The notes beneath the pieces were generated by a model. The model had not been told where the DNA came from and ran no database searches. It saw only the letters and a list, made by a program, of their open reading frames with translations. A stretch of DNA of 64,000 bases from Nanobdellota archaeon (GTDB lineage Archaea > Nanobdellota > Nanobdellia > Woesearchaeales > WJKV01), in contig JAGLWF010000006.1 in the NCBI GenBank assembly GCA_023133595.1, positions 10,074 to 74,073 on the forward strand, given 5' to 3'. Position 1 is the first letter of the stretch, and each line of letters opens with the position of its first letter. Shown piece by piece: positions 20,078 through 29,972 of this stretch. The translations under genes and the position numbers were made by a program.

Positions 20078-21073
20078 ATGATAAGAGTGGCTATCAATGG
20101 TTTTGGCCGTATAGGCAGGCAGATTCTAAGTGCAGGCATCAATGACAGGAGATTGAAATTTGTTGCTATCAATGATCGGTCTGATGCAAAAACACTGGCG
20201 CATATACTGAAGTATGATACTACACACGGCAAGTTTCCAGGAACAGTCGAAGTTGATGATGATTTTCTTGTTGTGAACGGAAAAAGGATGTATGTCTTCT
20301 CTGAAAAAGATCCAGTGAAACTTCCATGGAAAGATCTGAAGATAGATGTTGTTGCAGAATGCACTGGCATGTTTAGGCATAAAGAGGATTGCAACCGGCA
20401 TATTTTAGCTGGAGCAAAAAAAGTCCTGTTATCATCACCGCCAAAGGATCATTCTGATTATATGGTTATTTTTGGCGTGAATGAGAAAGGGTACGATAAA
20501 AGGAAGCATCATATTGTATCTAATGCTTCGTGCACAACAAACTGTGTTGTCCCGATCGCAAAAGTTTTAGATGAAAAATTCGGATTGGAGAAAGCGTTTC
20601 TGACAACAGTGCACGCATACACAAATTCACAACGATTGCTGGACGGGTCTGACAAGGATCTTCGACGGGCAAGAGCTGCGGGTGTGAACATAATACCAAC
20701 AACAACAGGCGCTGCAAAACAGATGGGGGAAGTGATCAAGACATTGAAGGGAAAGAGCGATGGAATCTCGATGCGCGTTCCTGTGATCGACGGCAGTGTC
20801 ATTGACCTGGTCTGCGTCACTAAAAGACCTGTCACTAAATCTGAACTGGACAAGGCTTTCAAAGATGCGAGCAGGAAAAGCATGCGGGGCATCATTGAAT
20901 ATTCAGAAGAACCTCTTGTCTCATCTGACATTATCCACAATCCGCATTCTGCGATCTACGATGCAAAAGCAACAATGGTATTGGACCAGAAATTCATCAA
21001 AGTGATTGCATGGTATGACAATGAATGGGGATTCTCGTGCAGAATGGTAGATATGCTGAAGATGATGTTCTAG
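20078..21073 (+). CDS. gap: Type I (bacterial-type) glyceraldehyde-3-phosphate dehydrogenase
   Basis: INGFGRIGR, catalytic SNASCTTNC, SMRVPVIDGS, WYDNEWGFS; GAGGTG RBS before ATG 20078. Confidence 0.97.
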   Translation: MIRVAINGFGRIGRQILSAGINDRRLKFVAINDRSDAKTLAHILKYDTTHGKFPGTVEVDDDFLVVNGKRMYVFSEKDPVKLPWKDLKIDVVAECTGMFRHKEDCNRHILAGAKKVLLSSPPKDHSDYMVIFGVNEKGYDKRKHHIVSNASCTTNCVVPIAKVLDEKFGLEKAFLTTVHAYTNSQRLLDGSDKDLRRARAAGVNIIPTTTGAAKQMGEVIKTLKGKSDGISMRVPVIDGSVIDLVCVTKRPVTKSELDKAFKDASRKSMRGIIEYSEEPLVSSDIIHNPHSAIYDAKATMVLDQKFIKVIAWYDNEWGFSCRMVDMLKMMF

Positions 21074-23532
21074 TCAGAGCCAAGCTCGAACTGGTCGCCA
21101 GACTCTAGTTCTGATAATCCTTCCATTGCGTCTATATCTAATTTTGCATTCACGACTTTCTTGAAGTCTGCAAGATCAGCAGATGTCGGATTTTTCTTAT
21201 AGAAAGTTCTGTAGATGTCAGCATAAAGCCCTTTCCCAGTGTATGTCACTGTCACGCTTTTTCCTTTTAGTAATGCGTCAACACGACTGTCCATCCCAGC
21301 AAGATGTTTTGCTACCCCTTCCATCCGCTTCTGGACATAATCTGATAGATCTTTCAGTACACGGAATTCTGTTCTTCCTGTCGCTGTGATTATCTTCAGG
21401 AATTTGGCATCTTTGCGGGTGACTGTGAACATCCTGTACTGTGTTCCGTATGCAACTTCCAGCTCACGTGCAAAACCTTTGTCAAAATGAGCAGCTACTT
21501 GTTTTGTGCTCAATCCTGTTCTCAGGTAAGGACCGTAATCATCAACAGGGCTGTTGAAGACAGCAAGTGCTTCATCACGTGCATTCTCGATCTGCGCGAT
21601 CTTTGCTTCGATCTCTTCATCCTTCTCTCTTCGCAGATCCTCCATCTTTGTCTCATAGTCTGCTGTGATTCTTGCTTTGTATTTTGCAAAACTTTCTCCA
21701 GCTTCTGCATTTTGTAGTTTCTCTTCAAGCTTTATGATCTCGAGCTGGGTAAGCTTATATTCTGCAGCCGCACTAACGAGCGCTTTTCCAGAGAGAATTA
21801 GTTCCTTTTGAGCATCTTTAATTGTCTTTTGTGCTATACTAAGAAGTTTATAATGATCTTTTTTCTCGGTTTCAAGTTTTTCTCTTAATTGATTTCGCTC
21901 TTTGATAGCTTTAACATAAATCTCGTGTTCTTTTTCTGTAATATATCTTCCTTTCTCTTTGTATCTCTTGATCTGTTCTTCTTTCTTCTCCAGATCAAGT
22001 TCTGTGTTTTCAAGCTGAGTCTTAGAATCTTTCAATTGTCCTTCCAGACCTGTGACCTTTGTTTTATATTCTTTGTTCTGGGCAAGATATTCAGCAGTTT
22101 TTGCCTCTGCTTTTGCAATATTTGTCCGTACAATTCTTACTACTCCATCCCGGGTATTAAGCTTGCTCTCCAGTTTTCGAATCTCTTCGGCAGTCTCTTC
22201 ATCAGGCTTTATGTTTGCAAGATCTTCCTTAAGCTTTGTTATCTCTCTCAAAGCGCTTTGGTAATCAATATTTCTTGCATTGAAATTTTTCTTTGCTTCT
22301 TCAAGATCTTTTAATACCTCTTTGTACTTTACATCATCAACATCAGCAACTGGTTTTACAGGCTGTGTCATTGCAAGATGAGCCAGACCAAGATCGTCAA
22401 GAACTTCTATTTCTGGAGCAATGTCTCCAGCATCTGTGAATATTCCAACAGCACCAACTGCAAGACCTAACAAGGTTGTTATTCCAAAGAACCATGTTCT
22501 TTTTCTTCCTGCTGTTTTCACAGCACGATATTTCTCATTCTCAAGCTGTTCGCAGTGTATCAATGCACGCTCCAGCTCGTTATTGACCTGTAAGTCTCCT
22601 TCTCTTAATTTTCCTTTGTGTAACTTATTCTTTCTGGTTCTCCAAATATTATTATCTGCCAAATACAGCATAACATACGATGCGTATTCAACAGACCTGG
22701 ATGTGTCTCTTTGATTACCAGGTTCTGTAAAGATCATAGGACCTGCATGTGTAGTTGGTATTGTTCCGTCAGGATAGCCCATCCCTCCTTTCTCAATAGA
22801 AAGTCTGTCTCGTCCGCCAGAGGAATAAGCTGGATCAACAACCAATTTCACTCTGTGTATAAGTCTGTCGTTCACAAACTCTTTCTGTTGTCTTGCCTCA
22901 GTAGGATGTTTGCCAGTAGAAGCGAATTTTACTTCATGTCTTTTTAGTATTCGAGGATTGGAGTTTTCTGGAATATCTTCATAAGTTATTCCAGGTTCAT
23001 CGTCAGCCAGGAAATCGCAGACAAGAACAGAAGCCGGCATTCTAGTGTGTACTATCTCTTGAGCAATCTGATAGAGATATTTTTCCCTGTCAGCACCGAC
23101 AGCAACAGCAATATCAGTTTTTTCAGTGCTCCCTATTGCTCTTGAGCCAATGTATAGTAAACGTGAAGGATTCCATTCTTTTCTCATATCAGAATTATCA
23201 AAGACAAGATGTACAGCATATTTTCTGCTGTGAAGTTCTGCCAGTCTTTGCACTTTTTCTCTTGCGGCTATAAGCTCTTTTCTTAGCTTTCTTTTTTCCC
23301 ACCACGAGGCCCTGCCAGCTTTTACACGATAGAAATCTTCTGCACGGTCAGGATGAAGAAAATTTGGACCGCACTCTGCAAGGATCAATGCGTCAAGTTT
23401 AGGTTGGGTTCTTTCAAGAGTTTCAAACAACTCTTCGATCGCACCAGTCATAGAAACAGCGATATATAATCTGCCAATAATATCTTGTCTTGCAGTGTTT
23501 CCCTTCAACCCGTTTCCATCTGGAAAATCCAT
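21070..23532 (-). CDS. Membrane-anchored coiled-coil protein, paralogue C of a tandem trio
   Basis: N-terminal alpha/beta domain, single TM (WFFGITTLLGLAVGAVGIF), long coiled coil, shared C-terminal domain ending ELESGDQFELG. Confidence 0.8.
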   Translation of the reverse strand: MDFPDGNGLKGNTARQDIIGRLYIAVSMTGAIEELFETLERTQPKLDALILAECGPNFLHPDRAEDFYRVKAGRASWWEKRKLRKELIAAREKVQRLAELHSRKYAVHLVFDNSDMRKEWNPSRLLYIGSRAIGSTEKTDIAVAVGADREKYLYQIAQEIVHTRMPASVLVCDFLADDEPGITYEDIPENSNPRILKRHEVKFASTGKHPTEARQQKEFVNDRLIHRVKLVVDPAYSSGGRDRLSIEKGGMGYPDGTIPTTHAGPMIFTEPGNQRDTSRSVEYASYVMLYLADNNIWRTRKNKLHKGKLREGDLQVNNELERALIHCEQLENEKYRAVKTAGRKRTWFFGITTLLGLAVGAVGIFTDAGDIAPEIEVLDDLGLAHLAMTQPVKPVADVDDVKYKEVLKDLEEAKKNFNARNIDYQSALREITKLKEDLANIKPDEETAEEIRKLESKLNTRDGVVRIVRTNIAKAEAKTAEYLAQNKEYKTKVTGLEGQLKDSKTQLENTELDLEKKEEQIKRYKEKGRYITEKEHEIYVKAIKERNQLREKLETEKKDHYKLLSIAQKTIKDAQKELILSGKALVSAAAEYKLTQLEIIKLEEKLQNAEAGESFAKYKARITADYETKMEDLRREKDEEIEAKIAQIENARDEALAVFNSPVDDYGPYLRTGLSTKQVAAHFDKGFARELEVAYGTQYRMFTVTRKDAKFLKIITATGRTEFRVLKDLSDYVQKRMEGVAKHLAGMDSRVDALLKGKSVTVTYTGKGLYADIYRTFYKKNPTSADLADFKKVVNAKLDIDAMEGLSELESGDQFELGSD

Positions 23533-23603
23533 ATTATAATACCCCCACATATACTACGATGTAGTGGTTAGAAGTAGCCAATATTTAAAGCTTTTGTGCT
23601 TAC

Positions 23604-24725
23604 TTAGTCTAATTCAAGTGTAAACTCATCTCCTGGCTCAAGATCGTAGACAAGTTCTTTCACTTGGTCTGGAGTCATCTTCTCATTCATGACTCTACGC
23701 ATGTCTGCAGCCTGCTCCTTTGTTGGACTCTTGTCATAAACAGATCTGTAAATATCAGCATAAAAATCAAGACCTGTGAACCTTATTGTCAAACCATTGT
23801 TTGCTTTGACATGCCCATCTAATTTCTTGTTCATTGCAAGATAATATTCTCTTGCTTTCTTCAATCCAGCTTCAAATGTTTCTGGAGGCACTGTGAGATG
23901 TACATAACCTGTTCTTGTTACTATTTTCAAAGCCTCTCCGATATGATAAATTGGCGGCTTGGGTTTTTTTGGCGGACCTTCTTCAGCAGGCATAACAACA
24001 AGACGGCAGTATGCTGAAGATGTATAGACAGTATAATCCACAGACGGTTCTATCAGCAATTCTAGCAATTCTGCATTTATCCGTTTTTTTGTTTCTGCAC
24101 CAAAGAATCTTTCAATATCTTCTTTAGCAATACCATTCCTGAAATACGGTCCAAGATTAGTAAAATTTCTTAGTCTCTCAAATTGGTCACTATTATAATC
24201 CATTCCAGTACAAATCCCTTTGAACATTTTCAGCAATTCTTCTAGAGATTTTACATCTTTTGAAAATTCGAATATCTCCCTGATTCTTGCAAGTGCTTCT
24301 TCTGAGATTGGTTTCTGGCTCCTTTTCCAATCTCTTAATTCTTTTTCTGCTTTTTTTCTGTCTTCTATTGCTTCCTGCTTGGCCATTGCGTCGTACAAAG
24401 CACAATAAAAGAAACTATGAGGATCTGCATCTTTTGGAATATGAGCTCTTATATCTCTAAGTTCACGTACTTCACCCTCTCTCCATCTTCGATAAGTTCC
24501 GTCTGGATCTCTTGTAAAACCATCATTAACTTCTACAAGTTCATAACCATCTTCACGATGCTCTCCCCTGTTTGTATGGAAATGCATTGTGCCAGTAACA
24601 GTGAGAAGAACAGCAAAGCCTGCTGTGACCGCGAGTGTGCCTCCGACTCCCCACAGGACATGTCTGGTTATATCATCGAAAATCGGTTCTTTCTCAGGCT
24701 TTTTTTCACGAAAATCATTCAACAT
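23604..24725 (-). CDS. Membrane-anchored protein, paralogue B of the trio
   Basis: ATG 24725 with AGGTGA RBS; TM near the N-terminus; C-terminal domain ending DLEPGDEFTLELD. Confidence 0.8.
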   Translation of the reverse strand: MLNDFREKKPEKEPIFDDITRHVLWGVGGTLAVTAGFAVLLTVTGTMHFHTNRGEHREDGYELVEVNDGFTRDPDGTYRRWREGEVRELRDIRAHIPKDADPHSFFYCALYDAMAKQEAIEDRKKAEKELRDWKRSQKPISEEALARIREIFEFSKDVKSLEELLKMFKGICTGMDYNSDQFERLRNFTNLGPYFRNGIAKEDIERFFGAETKKRINAELLELLIEPSVDYTVYTSSAYCRLVVMPAEEGPPKKPKPPIYHIGEALKIVTRTGYVHLTVPPETFEAGLKKAREYYLAMNKKLDGHVKANNGLTIRFTGLDFYADIYRSVYDKSPTKEQAADMRRVMNEKMTPDQVKELVYDLEPGDEFTLELD

Positions 24726-24741
24726 ATTCACCTTTCTCACT

Positions 24742-27243
24742 TTATTCCAACTCAAGTGTAAACTCATCTCCTGGTTCAAGATCATAGACAAGTTCTTTCA
24801 CTTGGTCTGGAGTCATCTTTTCATTCATGACTCTTCGCATGTCTGCTGCTTGCTCTTTATTCGGACTTTTTGCATACACAGCTTTGTAGACATCAGCATA
24901 GAAATCAAGACCTGTGAATCTCATTGTCAAGCCTTTGTTCTTCTTGACATGGTCATCTAATTTCTTGTCCATTGCAAGAAGATGCGCTCTTGCTTTCTGC
25001 ACAGCTTCTTTGAAAAGATTTGGAGTTTCTAGGACATATAATTCTCCGTTTGTTGTGACAAGCCTTATCCTATCTCCTTTAACAGTCTGGAAAACTCTAT
25101 AATCCATAGATGCATAGTGCCGAAGTGCCACTTCAACATCTGCCTCGCAGAACCTGTAAAGCATGTCTTTGCTTATACCGTTCTTGAAGTATGCTCCCAG
25201 ATCAGATGTAGACGAGATATTTGCTGCCAGGTTCTGCAATGCTTTTTCTGCTTTCTTCTGGGCTTTTTCATATTCACTCATTGCCTTTCTTCTAGCGTCC
25301 AAAGTTCCATCCATGATATCAATTGCAGTTATTGCATTCTCTATTGTTCCAAGTTCAGCAGTTAGATTAGCTCCAGAATAATCTTCGATCTTTCTGAAAA
25401 GAGTTTGCTTCTGTCCTTCCAGTTTCTCGATCCTTGCTTCAAGAGCTTTGTAATCTTCTGGTTGCAATTCTCTTGCTGTTTTAATATCATTCTTTGCGTT
25501 GTTCAAATCTTCTTTAGCACTCTGCAACTTAGTCTCTAAGTTTTTGTAATCAACAAGAAGTTTGTTCATCCTATCAAAAGCATCTGTGATGAATTTCACA
25601 GCTTCTTCTCTAGGTAGATCTGTTACTGGAATTAAAACTTTTAATTTATAATGCGGCTCACCAAGACCTGGAAGGAATATTGTACTTTCAATATTTCCAT
25701 CCTTGCCTTTTTTATAAGCAACTCTTACTTCTCCATCAAATGATTCTGTAGATTCTGTATCTGGCGCAAGACCAGCCAGAGGACCTAAATTCACTAAGAG
25801 GGCAACCAGTCCACCGCCGATAAGAGCTCCTGCAATTACACCGATACCCCCAGATGTTAGACGTATTCTCCCCTTTTTTGCAGAAAGATAATCTGAAGAA
25901 CCGGATTCATCCGATGACGCTCGCAGTGTTGAGATTGTTGTTGATCTTCTTTTACGACGTGGAGGTTCGTCTCCATCAAACATTGGCTCGTCCCTTGTTT
26001 GTGCTTCTTCATCAGCAGGCCCAGGTCCAAATTCTTTATCCAATGCTTTGTCAAAAGCTTCACCAGCTTCATCAAGTCCACTTTCATCAACAGTATCATC
26101 GCCTGCTTCTGCTTCAAAATCACCTTCAGTCTCAGCTTCACTTTTACCTTTTAAAGCACTGCCTCTTTCTGTTGCCTGAGCAAAAATATCAAACGGTTTT
26201 TCAGAAGGTTTACTTTTTTCTTCCGTTATCGCTCCAACTTTTCTTCCAACTGATTCTTCTGGAGTGCCTGCTGGAGCTGGTTCTGTAATCTCTGTCTGTT
26301 CTGTTGGTGGTGGAGGTGGTGCTTCTCCACTTTCTTCACCAAGATCTTCACTATCATCACCAAGATCAGCTAACCCTTTTGAAGCAGATTCTTCTTGAGT
26401 CACATCTTCTGATGGTGCTTTTTTTGTAGCAGGTTCTGGCCATGCAAGCGGTGGTGGTGCTTCTTCTGGCAAAGGCTCCACTGCTGGAATTTCTTCCTCT
26501 CCTGGTTCTCCTTCTCTCTGGTCTGCAGGTGACCTTCCAAATGGTAGAGTTCCACCTTTTTCTGTTCCAGGTTCTCCTTTTACTGATGGAAAATAATCAG
26601 AATCACTCAGAGGATCTCTTGGCGGACCATCAACTTCTTCTGATTCTCCTTCAACTCTAGTTCGCTTTGCTTCTTCTTCTGTATCACCTGCACCTTCTTC
26701 TCGACGTTGTGGACTAATATCAAAATCTTTCTCTGTAAGAACTGGAAGCGATGGACCAACTTCTGTCGGGCCTGTCAATGGTGGTGGAGTTTCTTGTTGC
26801 GGAGGAGCGTCTAATATTATCTCTGCGCTGGTATCTTCACTTGGTGGTTGAACTATTGGTAATGGATGATGTTGATGCCCTGCACCCTCACCGCCAGAAG
26901 TAAAATGTTTCTTTTTTGTTGTTTGGTCTCGTGGTAAATCTTCGAAACGGTCAGTTGCTCCTGGAGGTTTTGGTGGTTTGCCTTCTTCAAGAGCTCTAAT
27001 CTGATCAGGTGTTTCTGCTCTTTTACCTAGTGTTATTTTTGATGCGTCAGCACCAGGAAACATCCCTTCCAATGCCTCTATATCCTCAGTTCTAGGTTTT
27101 TCCTCATCTACAGCTTCTGGAACAGGAGTTTCTGGACCTGCGGATCTGTCCCATTCCTCGCTTAGAAGTCCGCCTGGTTCATCTGCTGGTTTTGCTTCTT
27201 TCTTTTTTTTAGGACCGTCTGCTGGTTTTTTTGGATCTGTCAT
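24742..27243 (-). CDS. Membrane-anchored protein with long acidic/Pro-rich N-terminus, paralogue A of the trio
   Basis: About 450-aa low-complexity E/P/G/A region, TM, coiled coil, C-terminal domain ending DLEPGDEFTLELE. Confidence 0.8.
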   Translation of the reverse strand: MTDPKKPADGPKKKKEAKPADEPGGLLSEEWDRSAGPETPVPEAVDEEKPRTEDIEALEGMFPGADASKITLGKRAETPDQIRALEEGKPPKPPGATDRFEDLPRDQTTKKKHFTSGGEGAGHQHHPLPIVQPPSEDTSAEIILDAPPQQETPPPLTGPTEVGPSLPVLTEKDFDISPQRREEGAGDTEEEAKRTRVEGESEEVDGPPRDPLSDSDYFPSVKGEPGTEKGGTLPFGRSPADQREGEPGEEEIPAVEPLPEEAPPPLAWPEPATKKAPSEDVTQEESASKGLADLGDDSEDLGEESGEAPPPPPTEQTEITEPAPAGTPEESVGRKVGAITEEKSKPSEKPFDIFAQATERGSALKGKSEAETEGDFEAEAGDDTVDESGLDEAGEAFDKALDKEFGPGPADEEAQTRDEPMFDGDEPPRRKRRSTTISTLRASSDESGSSDYLSAKKGRIRLTSGGIGVIAGALIGGGLVALLVNLGPLAGLAPDTESTESFDGEVRVAYKKGKDGNIESTIFLPGLGEPHYKLKVLIPVTDLPREEAVKFITDAFDRMNKLLVDYKNLETKLQSAKEDLNNAKNDIKTARELQPEDYKALEARIEKLEGQKQTLFRKIEDYSGANLTAELGTIENAITAIDIMDGTLDARRKAMSEYEKAQKKAEKALQNLAANISSTSDLGAYFKNGISKDMLYRFCEADVEVALRHYASMDYRVFQTVKGDRIRLVTTNGELYVLETPNLFKEAVQKARAHLLAMDKKLDDHVKKNKGLTMRFTGLDFYADVYKAVYAKSPNKEQAADMRRVMNEKMTPDQVKELVYDLEPGDEFTLELE

Positions 27244-27320
27244 ATTTATTACCCCCGAATTGATTTATAACTATTACAATAAGCTCATGAATAGGATTTA
27301 ATATATAAAAGTTTTGTTAT

Positions 27321-27752
27321 TCAGTAGTGAAGAAATTTGCCCCTATTTGCACAGTTCTTTATAAACACGCCTTTTTTATTAACAACCTTTCCAAGGCCCA
27401 GATTCTCGTCATGCCTGTTCTGGACCAGTACAAAACCTTCTTTCACACTGCATTTTTTTACAGATTCTTTGAAGACATCTCTTCCGCATAGAAACAGCCA
27501 CTCTGTCTTGTCGTCGACAAATGCTTTTCTGTCAGAATATTCAGATAATAGTTCCAGCAGGGCAAATGATGGGGTGAAATCCTTCTTCTCAATGCCTAAA
27601 AAAACACCAGCACCTTCTGGTTCCAGGTTCATATTCCTCTTGATCTTATCCCTTAATTCCAGTAAGCTCTTGTCAGCGAGGTAATGGTTCCTTCTTATCT
27701 TTACAGTATCAAATTTCTTATCGCAAAATTGAGAAATGAATTCTTGGATCAT
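27321..27752 (-). CDS. NIP7-like ribosome biogenesis protein (PUA-associated)
   Basis: GAGVFLG, FTPSFALLELL, EWLFLCGRDVF and VLVQNRHDENLGLG match the archaeal NIP7/UPF0113-like pattern as I recall it. Confidence 0.7.
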   Translation of the reverse strand: MIQEFISQFCDKKFDTVKIRRNHYLADKSLLELRDKIKRNMNLEPEGAGVFLGIEKKDFTPSFALLELLSEYSDRKAFVDDKTEWLFLCGRDVFKESVKKCSVKEGFVLVQNRHDENLGLGKVVNKKGVFIKNCANRGKFLHY

Positions 27753-27753
27753 C

Positions 27754-29034
27754 TTACACCTGCACTGTCTTTTCAATGTTCAGTTCTTGAGGCTTTATTT
27801 TGATTTTCAAATGGATGTAAAGCAATGATTTCACTTTATCTGTCACACCATTGACCAAATGCTCGATATCAGTGTCTAATTCAGTTATTTTCTTGATATC
27901 TGTGTCAATTGTTCCATTCAGCCTGTTGATATTGTTCTGGATAGCGTCCAGATCCATCTCTAACTGTGTCAGTTCCTCGATTATTCTGTATTCGTCTAAT
28001 TTTTCCTGCGTATCTGAGACTAATGCTCTTAATTTAGAATAAAGATCGTACAGTTCCTGCAATTTTTCTTTTGTTATTGCTGCCAGCTTGTCTGAGATTT
28101 TCTTTTTCTCTTTCTTCTCAAAGCCTAGCTTGTCAATATTGTTTTCTACACCGCCTATTGCAGAGATTATCCTTAATCTTGAATCGCCCATAAGACCCTT
28201 TATCGGATCATCCAGGTATTTTTCTATCAATTTCTCGTGGTCGACAGTGATTCTCTTGTACTTCCTGAAAGCACGCGCCAATGGAGCGAACATCTCTATT
28301 ATCCCTTTGTCCAGTTTCTCTGCCTGTGATTTTTGCTCTTCTGCCAATTCTTTCAATATCATGAGATCTGCATAAGCCTTGCTCTCTTTTCTTTTTGCTA
28401 TCCTCTCTTTTGTCTTTGTGTATTCTTTTTGTTTTGCGTTTATTTCGTTCTGGGTGTCGTTTATCTTGTTTTTCAGTGATTCCTGCTCCTTCTGTTTCTC
28501 GTGGATCTTTGCAATGTCCATGTTTATGTTCTCTATCTCCATTAAATCTTCCTTCAGTGTAGTTCCAACAATCTGTCTTGACAGCCTGTCTAAAGCACCG
28601 ACTGTCTGTGCAAGATCTTTTGTCTCATTCGCAAAGAATTCCTGCAATATGACATAACTTTTCTGGGTCTTCTTTGCAAAATCTTCAAGAACTTTCTGGA
28701 ACTTGTCTGGAAAATCTTTTCCAAACTTTGGTATGTTGTCAATAAGCATTCTTACTTGCTTTATGTAATTGTTTCTGTTGCCGACCATGTAGGCAAGCAT
28801 CCTTGGCGGCAAATTTTTATTGTGCAGTTCAGCTTCTTCCAGTGCAACGATCTTATCTGCCGCTTCTTTGATCTTTGTGTCGAACTGGTCGTACAATGCA
28901 GAGATTGTCTGGTCTCTTGCAGAGAACTTGTGCTTTGTCTTGCCGTCGAACCATGATTCTAACTGTTCCAAAGGTATCTCGACTAATTCACCTTTTGCCT
29001 TAAACATCCCTTTGAGAGCATCTAAAAATCCCAT
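27754..29034 (-). CDS. Hypothetical coiled-coil protein
   Basis: 426-aa, strongly helical and charged; stop lies 1 nt from the NIP7-like start. Confidence 0.8.
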   Translation of the reverse strand: MGFLDALKGMFKAKGELVEIPLEQLESWFDGKTKHKFSARDQTISALYDQFDTKIKEAADKIVALEEAELHNKNLPPRMLAYMVGNRNNYIKQVRMLIDNIPKFGKDFPDKFQKVLEDFAKKTQKSYVILQEFFANETKDLAQTVGALDRLSRQIVGTTLKEDLMEIENINMDIAKIHEKQKEQESLKNKINDTQNEINAKQKEYTKTKERIAKRKESKAYADLMILKELAEEQKSQAEKLDKGIIEMFAPLARAFRKYKRITVDHEKLIEKYLDDPIKGLMGDSRLRIISAIGGVENNIDKLGFEKKEKKKISDKLAAITKEKLQELYDLYSKLRALVSDTQEKLDEYRIIEELTQLEMDLDAIQNNINRLNGTIDTDIKKITELDTDIEHLVNGVTDKVKSLLYIHLKIKIKPQELNIEKTVQV

Positions 29035-29085
29035 ATAGGATATATTGAGAGAATTAGTTTATATATTTATCTGAAAGAAAAAGGG

Positions 29086-29129
29086 TTCCCATAGATACTG
29101 TAATCGTAGTCACTGTATACCTATGGGAA
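29086..29129 (-). terminator. Hairpin followed by a U-rich tract downstream of the small-ORF operon
   Basis: TTCCCATAG 29086-29094 / CTATGGGAA 29121-29129 perfect 9-bp stem; minus-strand transcript continues CCCTTTTTCTTTC. Confidence 0.4.
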
Positions 29130-29159
29130 GGGGAAATTCTAAAAAATAAAATAATCCTA

Positions 29160-29555
29160 TCAGTCTTCGAATATTACCACACCATCCACAATCCTAAATT
29201 TAAATCTTGGTGATACGTACAGTGATGGTACTGGTTCTGGTACATGAAATACTGGTCTTTCTGCAATAAATACCGGTTCTGGATTTGGTATATAATGTAC
29301 TGGTCTTTCTGCAATAAACACCGGTTCTGGATTTGGTATATAATGTACTGGTCTTTCTGCAATAAATACTGGTTCTGGAACTGGCAGAAACGGTTTTGTT
29401 GTTTCATATCCAACATTCAGACGTTCTGGATGATGCTCCACGCATCTGTCTCTTCCAACCAAAAAATCGTTTTGATAATCTCGCATCTGCATTGGCAGAG
29501 ATGTTTGCCCCATGATGTCATTTGCCATATTATGTCCGCTGAAAAAATTGTTCAT
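29160..29555 (-). CDS. Small orphan protein with Pro-rich tandem repeat
   Basis: GGAGGT RBS; starts MNNFFSGHNMANDIMG; three PVFIAERPV units. Confidence 0.6.
   Translation of the reverse strand: MNNFFSGHNMANDIMGQTSLPMQMRDYQNDFLVGRDRCVEHHPERLNVGYETTKPFLPVPEPVFIAERPVHYIPNPEPVFIAERPVHYIPNPEPVFIAERPVFHVPEPVPSLYVSPRFKFRIVDGVVIFED
29232..29380. repeat. Coding 48-bp tandem repeat x3 (PVFIAERPVHYIPNPE)
   Basis: ACTGGTCTTTCTGCAATAAA at 29251, 29299 and 29347 (period 48). Confidence 0.9.
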
Positions 29556-29561
29556 TTTTGT

Positions 29562-29960
29562 TTACCTCCGTCTTAAATGCTTGTATTCGTCACGCATTCT
29601 TTTTGCTACTTCAAAAGGGACCCCACCACATCCAGATTCAAGGAGTTCTCTTGCTAATTCTGCATCTTCATCAGAATACTTTAATTTTCTTTCTCTTCTA
29701 CTCTGTTCTGCCTGGTATTTCCACATTGCTTTTGTAGATTCATCAATAACTGGTTCCCATGCTCGGATTTCATGTGTGATCAGAGGCGCTGGTTCTACAT
29801 ATGGGATGTATACTCTTTCTTCTGCAATAAGTCCTCGATGCATTGGAAGACTGTGAGAGGGGCATGTCCTTGCCAAATAATTGTCTGTCTTGTGCAATGG
29901 GCTCATATGTCCCAACACTTCATTTGCCATGTTATGTCCACTAAAAAAGTTCATTTTCAT
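29562..29960 (-). CDS. Small orphan protein sharing its N-terminus with 29160-29555
   Basis: GAGGT RBS; starts MKMNFFSGHNMANEVLG. Confidence 0.6.
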   Translation of the reverse strand: MKMNFFSGHNMANEVLGHMSPLHKTDNYLARTCPSHSLPMHRGLIAEERVYIPYVEPAPLITHEIRAWEPVIDESTKAMWKYQAEQSRRERKLKYSDEDAELARELLESGCGGVPFEVAKRMRDEYKHLRRR

Positions 29961-29972
29961 TTACCTCTTTGT

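Noticed and set aside
29232-29380. Regular 48-bp periodicity as a possible CRISPR array
   Set aside because: The intervening sequence is also repeated (no unique spacers), it is in frame within an ORF, and no cas genes are present.
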